Of a stretch of DNA of 52,303 nucleotides, positions 42,376 to 52,303 are shown one piece after another. The stretch spans positions 1 through 52,303 of the forward strand of contig KZ538718.1 in assembly GCA_000934665.2 (NCBI GenBank), read 5' to 3'. Positions within the stretch are counted from its first letter, which is position 1. Each line of letters starts with the position of its first letter. The notes under the pieces were generated by a model. That model was not told where the DNA came from. It searched no databases and saw only the letters and a program-made list of their open reading frames with translations. The position numbers and the translations under genes were made by a program. Origin of the DNA: Catajapyx aquilonaris. Its lineage: Eukaryota.

Positions 42376-43405
42376 CGACATGCAAATATATGCCATGGCT
42401 TAAGTCTCATCCCGATGGCCCTATCACTGCCTTAAAAAAATAACAAAAAAAGTCTCATTCCGAGTCTGTCCCACTTGATAGATGCAAATACACAAAACGT
42501 TCCAAAACCACTTCAGGCGAAGCGAAGGATTCTGATCCTGCGCTGCTGTACTCTCTCACCCTTACTGTAGGCTTCTACTGCCTGATTCAACCAGCGCTGA
42601 TACCAGAAAGGTCAGTTCCAACCCCCACACTGAACATTTTGCCGAACATTTTAATGATGTCCAACAATGGTTCCGACGCCCAATTCGTTCTATTGCCCCT
42701 GGCCCGTCGAATATTCACCTCTCAGCCTTCCCACCGGCCCTCGTCTCGGGACTTTGTACGCGACCACGGGTTGCAGCAGCCTGGAAATGCAGAGACCTGG
42801 AGCGTGGAACAGGCAGAACCGTACCTTCGACCAGACAACAACAGAATAAAAAATAAATAAAAAAAAAGCCGACCAACTGACAATTGAGGGGCCGGATAGC
42901 GTAGCTGTTGCCAAGAGATGTAGCTGCTTTATTTTCAAATTAAGGGCGGCCAAAACATGGCCTTGAACTTCAATCTCAGGTTCAATATTGGAAAATTAAT
43001 AAAATGTGGACTGTGACTCATTTCAGAACCTTTTCTTTACACTACAGAAACCCGCGACAGGAACAGAATACATTTTGCTGATTTTGCTGCAATATTATTT
43101 GGCCACCATCTTTCAATGACAGTCGTGCCAACCGCAATCAATGCCACCCTACATTGCGAATGAGCATTAAACTGTAATATTTAACTAATGTATTAAATTT
43201 GTGGTAGGCAAATGCGAATAATATTTATATTTATCAATGTAAAATTAAGCAGTCTTTAGACGATTGGGATTGGCTGTCAGCCTGTCACTCACACAGTTGG
43301 CGTCATTGGAAAATGGGCGCGTGTGAAGTGACATTCTCGTCTTTTCCGGATGTTGGAAAAGAGATTCCGAGGCGACCAAGGAAGATTTGACAGCAGCTCA
43401 CGGGC

Positions 43406-46400
43406 ATGTCTGAAGGACAAGAGGATGAGGCATCCTGGCAGCTCTCTGTGAAGCCCCAGTCCGAATCAGTTCAAGGTGAGGCTCATACGGTTCAAGAGGC
43501 AAAATGAGCAGATTTGGGCTCAAGTTTGAAAACTAGGCTTGGACAGGAAGTGTCTGTTGGACAAGTACAAGGTGCCTTAATAAAGACACCGAAACATTTG
43601 TGGTTAACGGTTTTAGAATAGCAGCCAACTGAAGTCTGAAAGACTTCCATGGCTTTCAGATATATTGCTAGATGCTAGACTAGTGTTTGCGGCTTCAATG
43701 CTGTTCTAAGGATTACGGCATTGTAGATTCATTGGGCCAGTTTTAAAATTACCGACTGGAGGCCTAAAGACATATGACGTAACGGAGACATGTCTAATGC
43801 CGATTGCGAATCATGCAAAGATCCTATGGAATGTACGTAGTTTTTTAAATTTATTTAATTTACCCCGTGATAGGGCGGAGCCCTTTTAGGGGGGAAGTGG
43901 AGGTTCCCGAGAGAGGGCGCTGTAATTATAGTCATTTCTGACTGTGTGAAATACACCAGACCTTTCCTCCTGGCCCTGGGCAGAGTAAGGAGTGCAATTC
44001 TGCCCCGGCATGTTGGGTGAAAAGCGGAAAAAGACCCGGCCAAGCAGAGGTGACTGGGACGGGATTTTTAAATAATGGATCACCCCGTGATAGGCCTCCT
44101 CGGGCCTCTTAGGGGATCATCTTTTAAATACCCGACTTTAATCAGTGCCTTTGCTGAGATGGATTTTGATTGTGGGNNNNNNNNNNNNNNNNNNNNNNNN
44201 NNNNNNNNNNNNNNNNNNNNNNNNNNNNNNNNNNNNNNNNNNNNNNNNNNNNNNNNNNNNNGGGGGGATCTCATTTTCGAAATTCAAAACAAGTGCAATT
44301 ATTACGGGATAAATTAGTATGATGCAGGAAAGTATGATGTAGTATGATATTTCTTTTCATTTGACCATTTGCTCCCCGATTTCGGGTGGGGAATTTTCCC
44401 ATACGTGGAATCATTCGGGTGGGGAGTGCTCCACGCCCACACCAGGTCTTTCACCGGCACTGCACATAAGTATCCTCCGTCCGACTCGGGGATCGAACTC
44501 CGGACCTTAGAGGTGGAAGGTTGCGGCGCTAACCACTCGGCCACTGTGTCGCCCGCATGGGGACGGGATTTGAACCCCGGCCTCCCGCTTGGCTGGCCAG
44601 TGGCGTAACCACAAGACCACCATGCTTCCCGGAATGTACGTAGTTGCAAGAATGTGTGGTCCACGTAGCTGACAATTTTGGCTTCCACGGCAGTATTAGA
44701 AATATTTAAAATAATACAGTTGAACCAGGATATAATAGCCTCAGCTATAACAGACTCAGTTATGACGGACTCAAATAGCTGATCCCGACATACTTCCAAG
44801 GCCCTGTGTATTTTTACTCCTCATATAACAGACTCATTTTCCACCTTGGCTATGGCAGACTCTTTTGTGGTCCCTCAGAGAGAAATATGCTGCTTTTGAT
44901 TACTCAGCTTCTTTTTTCATGCGAGGAAAAGCATGCATACTGAAGCTGGGGTGACTTTCCCACCTATCACTGATCTAACACTTGCCGAAAAGGCAACATA
45001 ATCCTTTTTCTGTTTGGATATGTACATGGTGTCCCGCCCATTTGTATTAATGAAGTGTATTAATACATTGAGTGTACAGATATGTAGAAAAATTTGATAT
45101 CTGTTCTTTAAACTGGCACACACCTTCTGTAATTACAACTAGTACTTTGTAAGTTATGAATTTTTCATTTGTTATACCTCTAAGCGGGACACCCTGTATT
45201 TAGTAAAAATGATATGGCAAAATAAAATGACCAATTTTTTTGGTGTTGCCTAAGTCATGTAATTTTGAATTTTTGAGGATAGTTTCATTAATCGTTATGC
45301 AGTTGTGTGCATTATAGGCATATGGAAAGAAGAAAACTTTGTGTATTTGTTGGAAAAGTGGCAATTTGGCTATACCAGACCTCAGTTATAACAGGCCCTT
45401 TTCCATGGTCCCTTGAAGTTTGTGTATATCTGGAATCAACTGTAGTTGCATATAATGGAACTTGTCGGGGAGGTGTAGAACTGTAGATGGCCGAGATGGT
45501 AACGTCTCGGCTTGCTGAGTGAAAGGCCCCAGGTTCGATCCCCGCCTAGGGAACTTTCCTTTCACCTGTGTCAGGAGGGTCTCTGACCTGCACCAAGGAG
45601 GTGTCTGGCAACCTAACCTCCTGGGGAACAGCACATGACCCCTTTACCGACATTGCACTTGCACCAATGTTCCCTCCCCAAAAATCCCTATCCTTACCCC
45701 ATGTCCTTTCATCCTTGCACCGGAGTTAGAAGAAAAAGCAGAAAATTGCAGGAAAAATGGTGGTATTCCATCCCCTACAAGGGCCTATGGCCCTATCACG
45801 GGGTAACGTTTAAAAAAAATTGAACTTGTCAAAATAATGACGAAATGGACAGCATTTTTAGGTCTATTAGTAGGGAAAGCCTTATGTGTAATAGAATTAA
45901 TATGTTATTGAGATCAATTAAATTAATCCATCATGCTTATCCTGCCCTATTGATGGAGATGTTCACATGCGGAGTGTACCACCAAGTGTATGATAAGCTG
46001 GGTTATATGCAAGTGGCTAGCAGAATGAATAATTTTCTCTCTGTATTCTAATTTTATTTATATTTTCCTGCAGTGATAGTTCATCCTCTTGAACCCCAAG
46101 AACTGCCTGAACCTGGAGTCTTGCCAGTCATCACGTGCTTTGTTTGCCAATCCTCCATTGACGTATCTGACAAACAGGGTTTAAAAATTGTGAAGTGCAG
46201 CAACTGCCAGGAGACCTCTGTGAGTGTTATAACTTTGAGACATAAATTAACACAGGTCAAATAAATGAGTTTCCCAGATAAAATTTAAAAACAATTACAC
46301 CTCCAATAAAAAATTCACAAACTTGTGCATACTATCAGTGTAGGCCTACACCTGCACACCTGAGAGGCTTTCCTCAGATTTTTACCTCTGGTTCCACACT

Positions 46401-48523
46401 TATAATGATTCGTAGCAAAAAGGCTACAGTCTCCTTCATTTTTCGTTATGCCATTTTTGAGAAAAATAGTCCACATTTGTGACTTCCGTGGCTGACATGT
46501 ACAGAAAGCTGTTTCACATCTATCTATGGTAGCAAAGTTTAAATGGCAGTAGAGAAATACTATGGCAGGATTCCTGGGCGAAATGGGCCTTGGTGAAAAG
46601 CCCAGAGCAGGACACATTGGCACCGTGTACACAAGAGTAAGGCTGCACAGTACAGCATGCCTCCAAAAATAGCTCCTTTTTGGGAAGTATACATTGTTGC
46701 TCTTTCCAACATGAAATATAAGTACAGTCAGATCAGGAAGGAGTGTCGGCTAAAAGATTTCACCAGGTATCAATGCAGTGTTGAATCGCAACAAATGCGT
46801 CACATCATCTGCTGCTGGTATCTCAGGACACTGCCGGAAGAGAGACCCCACACTGCACTGAACACCGGAGGAGACGAAGAAAGTGAAGGTAATGGTGACT
46901 AGCCAAAGACTCAAGGACACATCGCAGCATGTGTGGGAGTGTCCCCGTCAACTGTTCATCACAAGACCTGACCTTGGACATGCGCCACAAAGCCAAAGTT
47001 CAAGCTGAAACCGAGCCACATTGCAGAGCGTAAGACCAACTGCAGAAAGCTGTACGAGATACAGTTAGCTGGTGAAAGATGGAAACATGCCATGTCACTG
47101 GATGAAGCATGTGGGTACCTAACTGACTGCAACAAGGTACAGGCCATTTACTACCACAACACACAATCATCCAACGCCCATACAGATTGGGTGCCCGAGT
47201 GCAAAGAAAGTTATGTATGCGGTTTCATGGTAGTGGCAGGGTACTGCCACATAGTCAAGGTCACGGTAAGTTCTGCCTGCAACCAGAGGAGCATACTGGC
47301 ACCATTGCATCGACATGATATCCCTCGGATCCGGATGTATGGCTGGAGCACTTCAAGGGTGAAGATGCATCACGATAAAGCATAGAGTCATACATCTGAA
47401 TCAATGGGGGCCTACGTGAGATGTATGGAAATTGAAACAATGAAACATTGCATTCCGCCATCCAACATCTCCCGATGCCTCTCACATGGATTTCTACAGG
47501 TTTGGTCAGCTAAAAAGGGCTCTTGCCAGGAGGCTCCCCCAGTCTCTTGCAAGCATTTGGAAAGTCTTTCAGGTGGGATGGGACAAAATGGACCTTCCTG
47601 CTCTGCAAAGGAGTTTCATGGAATGGAAACATCAATGTTAGGCGAAAGTCGGACTATAGGGCTGAAGGTCCAAGCAAAAGCCCAGTATGTGTGGTTTTTA
47701 TCATTTCGAGATAAGCGCATTTGAAGTTTTCACTTTCCATTGAAAAGGATATACATACATGGTTTTACTATGCCCCTAACTTTGCAACGGAGACTCGTAG
47801 AGAAACGTGGTTTGTACCATTACGTAGGCCACGTAAAGGGGATTGCAGTGGTATGCTTAGCTGAACATACATGGTTACTGCTTGGGGCGTCAGAGGGGTA
47901 TCACATGGAACAGCATCATTGATGGCGAAAGGTTTCACACACGGTAATTCTAAATCGCAATTTGCTACCCTAGATGTGAAACAGCTCCTGTGCTGTACCA
48001 TACAATAATTTTCTCTCTGCATGTTTTTTTTATTGCTTTAGCGATGCAAAAAGGGCATTAGGCCCTCCCACTCATCAACTTTTGATATCTTTAAAATTGC
48101 ATGCAGGTCCGACTAACTAATTGGACTGCAGTGGCATGGCACTGAATTCAACAAAGAGACTTGTTAGCATACGTTGAGTGGCATATTGCCATGGTGATTG
48201 GGCATATAAAACTGCAATTTTACTTAATTACTCGTAATAACTTAATTAAATTTAATTCAGAAGGATGCGGTACCAATTGCTCTGGACATGAGCTCTGATG
48301 AGTCAAAATTCCCTGGCTATTTCATTTGATTGTAAACTATGATTATCTGGCATTTCAGCCGCTTGGCCAGGCTGAACCTGATAAGTTGTACGTGCGGTGT
48401 CCTTGTAACTGCCTCTTGCTCTGCAAAAAATCTTCAAGGCGTATTGTCTGTGGACGTACTACCTGCAAGAAAGCTCTTAAAGTTGAGGAGCAAGTGATGT
48501 CCTTACCATCCATGGATTTGAAG
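43406..48523 (+). CDS. TMEM55/PIP4P-like phosphatidylinositol-4,5-bisphosphate 4-phosphatase family protein (5' part; later exons not found in the window)
   Basis: Exons 43406-43475 (inferred), 46074-46219, 48359-48523, in phase (1,0). ITCFVCQSSID...VKCSNCQET|PLG...YVRCPCNCLLLCKKSSRRIVC with CX5R (CKKSSRR). Confidence 0.85.
43855..44630 (-). mobile_element. Cluster of tRNA-SINE fragments around an assembly gap (44177-44261)
   Basis: Shared tail CCCCGTGATAGG...TAGGGG at ~43863 and ~44083; tRNA-like heads at ~44480-44552 (similar to 7860-7920) and ~44560-44625. Confidence 0.6.
44718..45442. mobile_element. Tigger/pogo-like MITE containing a nested mariner-like MITE (45025-45196)
   Basis: TA|CAGTTGAACCAGGATATA ... 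TATATCTGGAATCAACTG|TA, with related ends at ~360 and ~37280. Inner element CATGGTGTCCCGC ... GCGGGACACCCTG. Confidence 0.55.
45483..45820 (+). mobile_element. Full-length tRNA-derived SINE
   Basis: A box TGGCCGAGATGG, B box GGTTCGATCCC, shared tail CCCCTA...CCCTATCACGGGG, then an A run. Confidence 0.7.
46657..47720 (+). pseudogene. Decayed Tc1/mariner (DDxD) transposase in a TMEM55-like intron
   Basis: Interrupted frames with MPPK start, SLDEA (first D), FMVVAG, HHDKA*SH (second D) and frameshifted SPDASHMDF (third D). Confidence 0.7.
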
Positions 48524-50850
48524 GTAAGAATTGGGCAAAATTCTTTCTTTGTGGAAAGCTTTTAACAATTATCTTGACAATAATAGCCATAATAGTAATT
48601 TAGTTAACAAAAATAGCAAGTATGCCTCGCCTTTTCTTCTTGGCTCAGAGCAGAGAAGGGAGTGTAATATATTCTGCCTGGACACACTGCACTGGTAGAA
48701 AAGCAGAAACACACCCAACCACATCATGCATAGGTGCGGGGATGGGATTTTAACCTCTGACCTCCTGTTTGACTGGCCAATGCCGGCATGCCCCAATTTT
48801 CCACAAAAATACTGTATATAATTCTGAATCGTAATATTACCCCACATAAAGCGGCATGCTGGGGAGTGTGCTTGGTCGGCATGCCACAATAATGGAGGTA
48901 GATTTCCATAATTTTGATCCTTATCACATTTTTTTGGCTGGTATCAGTGGTATGGTACTGAATAAATAATGTTACGGGCGTAAAATGGGCAAGTGTGAAC
49001 AGGGGTGTGAGAATAGCAAGTTATGTTGCACAGTGCAGAGAGTGTGACCTATCCTATCGTCAGCATGCTTTGTGAGGGGAACCCCCTACTCCAACACAAT
49101 ATGGATCAAGACAGTTTCAGTCTTGTGCTTTGTTCAGTAGCTCACTGGACGCAAGTCTCATTGGTGGTAGGTAGCTAATAATAACCTAATATCGGTAATA
49201 TTGATAAATGAAAGGGTTAATTTCGAAAAATGGTGTGTTCCAAAAAAATCACAAAGTTACAAGTGCTCACTGTATTCTACACTGCATGGACATACAGATA
49301 TTATTGCCACATGCTGTAATTGAAAAGAAACATGATGCATACTGTATACTGATGGCATACTGATTCGGAAAATGTGCCTTTTCATGGATTTTGATTTCCA
49401 GTGAGTATCAAGTTATGAAAGGCCTATTTTTCCATCATCCATGTATTTTCGTATCCCAAGATTCCCGATCCATGGATCACCACCAATGAAGATATTTCAA
49501 GGGGGTAACCAGCACTCCCCAAAAAAGTGTACGGTACACCAGTTCCTGGAACCCAGTGATTCGAAGCCGGTTCCAGAGGGACCTGTACACTGGTTCCACG
49601 AAGTGGTAACCCCCTCGAGATATTTATTACATTTTGTTCCTAATGGTTAGCCAGACATAATTCCTAAGATTGTTCATAAATTATGCAAACACATTTTTTC
49701 CCCATTATATACTGTGGGAATGTTTGTTCAAACATTTTCGTCCAACGATTTTACCCAGTACATTTCGTGGGACAGAATTCTGGCCCAAAATACTTTTTAG
49801 TCCAAGGTACAGTTTGCCCTAAAATTTCAACCAAATTCATCTTGCATTTCTGATATTGGCCTAAACTGTTTAAAAAAATAATTCAGAAACCAAAGGCCCA
49901 GTTGCAATATACTAAAGGTAGACCTACACCCAGCCTACACCATATATTTTTTGTTGGTTGTCGTCACAGTGTAATTGATGCTGCCATTACCATTATTGCT
50001 TAGCCAATATCAGAAATTATTATTATTTACTGAATAATAACAAGACTTGGGTAAATGTCCACATATTGTCTGATGCATACCCTATTATGCTGATGCCCTT
50101 TGTGACATGACACGCTGAGCTTCCTGTTGCAACATGAGGGAAAACCCAAAACCGTCGTGAATGTATTTGGCCTTCACTTGCACTTGGAGACAGCATGACC
50201 CGTTTTTGACAAGGCTATCGACCCTTCCTGGTGAGTCTCAAGAGGGGTTGCCTCTCAGTTTACAGCTCGAGGGCTGTTAAAGTGTCCCTCCAGGCCCATA
50301 TGGGGTTGTTTAGCACCCGGCAGCTGCCTGGGATCAATTTTGAACCAGTTATTGGCCTTGGATTTCCCCCGTTTTCCGGGAAGGCCCACTTTTATAATTG
50401 GACACAGTCGTACAGACAGGGTCCACCTTTCTTTTCATTTTCCTATACGTCGCATGACTAATAGCATCCGGTACACTCAGCGTCGGTGAAGGATCGAGTG
50501 TCACCCAGTCTTGTGTACTCAGGTCAGTGTCAAAGTCCACCTGAAGCAGCCTGGGAGAAAAATGCTGTGTGAGCTGGAATGCTGCCTTTTATGGAGTCGT
50601 GCGATAAGCTCATATTGTTTTGCCAGATTCTCAACAAGGGGTTTTTAAGTGTGATGCCAGTTGGCTGGGCACTGATTATAAAATTGCGCAGACTCTGGCA
50701 ACTGTTGTCCGGAAATAGGCAGGTATGTAATGAATAATTTGGTCACATTTTACAGGGGGTCGTTGACGCACTTTTTATCCACGTGGGTGCAAAATGTACT
50801 GTACGGATTCAACCACTCGAATAAGTGCCGACCGATTGGTGGGTTAAAAT

Positions 50851-51420
50851 TATCTTACCTTACATAATATATGAAGGGGAATTTGTTTGTTTGTTTGCCC
50901 ATTGCGGTCTCCATGGCAACGTGTTTGTTTTGTTTGATAACCGGTCTTCCGCCAGCTATTGATGGAATTACATATATATTTTTTACAAGCGCAACCGGGT
51001 GCGCACCATAGTTCGCGCAGTTGGAATTATCTATTATCTTACATAATATAAAAGGCGAAGTTTGCTTGTTTGTTTGTATCTATGGCGACTCGCGACGGGT
51101 CTCCATGGCAGCGTTTGTTTTGTTTGATAGGAAGCCGTGGGAAGAACGGGCTTCCTGCTACATATGATTTTTTTTAAAACATGCGCAACCGAGTGCGCAC
51201 CACAATTCGCACAGGGTGCACGGTTGCCATTATCAATGATTGCGTAGGGTGTACTACGATGCACTTATTTCCAACACTACGGTTGGCGGAAACTATGGGT
51301 TACGTTTGCGGCATTGCCAAAGCTATCCTGGGGAGTGGGGAGTAACGATGCTGTGACAAGAGGAGCTGCGCGAGTGTGGGTGCGCACTCGGTTGCGCTCG
51401 TAAAAAAACCTCATCTATAG
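50851..51420. mobile_element. Tandem and inverted short Helitron-like repeats
   Basis: Two direct units (~50851-51030, ~51036-51215) starting TATCTTAC..ATAATATA, with (GTTT)n and GCGCAACCGAGTGCGCAC; inverted copy of that end at ~51365-51410. Confidence 0.5.
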
Positions 51421-52303
51421 TGTTATTTATTTACCGGTTTATTATTCAGCCTGAAAATAATAGTGGCAGCGTCAGTGTCCCAATATGTTCCAACGGCTTC
51501 TTTGTTCGTTCCCGCTCCGCCTTGACTGATCCGCCACCTGCCAGCCAAGACTAGTAAGCTTCGGAGAGCAGACTTTTTTTCCCCCCCCGAACCGAACAGT
51601 CCGCAAAGATTCGGCAGATACGAAACAGCGCCTCTTCCAGACCGGACAGAGAAGGTTCCTCCTGCTGTGGCGCCGCTTCTCTCGCCCGTCACAACAAACA
51701 AAGAGGCCGGTTGGCACAGGTGGGTGGGCATTGGGGGGGCTCTAGGGGCAGGACCCTGGGCCGAGATGGGAGTGGNGGGGTGTTTGTTGATAAGATAGGG
51801 GACGGAGCTATAGAGAGAGTGACGTCCTTTGTTTGGAAAGGGTGACATGATCTGGTAGGGCGACAGATTATCTGGGAGATAGACAGGTCGGAACGAAAGA
51901 TACGAATGTGCGAGGTGGGGGAATTCTTTAAAAAAAAAAGGGTTGCCTATGGGTGGATTGGTACTATATTGTGGAACAGTTAATACAAAAATGTGCTTCG
52001 GCGTACTTGCTTCTCCATCCAAGGAAATCGAACTCCCAGATTTCATTTTTATAAAGGCGATGGTAAATGATAGCCAATATTTTGGTTGTATGTTGTTAAC
52101 CGAGACACACAGGCCTGCGTAATTGGTTGTTGAATTTTTTAAACTATGTTCTAAATGAGCAAATTAATAACTAAACACAATTGCTAAATATCTGACATAT
52201 CTGTGTAAGTGTCCAAGGATTACATTTTTTACATATTGCTAAATTCTGATTTTGTAATTGTTGAGGCATCCCCTATAATAAAGGACTCTGGCAAATCTGA
52301 GTT

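Noticed and set aside
48295..48345. Hammerhead-like CTGATGAG core
   Set aside because: No matching stem II or GAAA; it lies in the acceptor region of an intron.
51423..52046. 207-aa - strand ORF
   Set aside because: No domain features, contains an N, and overlaps repeat-derived sequence.

Overview
Eukaryotic, intron-rich genomic window, most likely from an insect or other hexapod; the PRPS N- and C-termini and the SINE types point that way (inference). 1-15 kb (- strand): a tandem array of at least three paralogous RNA-binding genes with an RGG/GAR N-terminus, two RRMs resembling Painting-of-fourth (POF), and an acidic D/E tail. The middle copy has a 14 x 84-bp (28-aa) RGG expansion, a fused acidic exon and an altered start-codon arrangement. 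Further along are eIF4E (-) and PRPS (-), which has two duplicated alternative last exons and an intronic CRE/E-box cluster. An F-box/LRR gene (+) lies head-to-head with PRPS. An RNF4-like SUMO-targeted ligase (-) lies head-to-head with a TMEM55/PIP4P-like gene (+), which is incomplete in this window. Introns and spacers hold many tRNA-SINEs, MITEs, fold-back elements and decayed Tc1/mariner pieces. All gene models were spliced by hand (GT-AG sites, phase checked). Family assignments rest on recalled motifs, not database searches.
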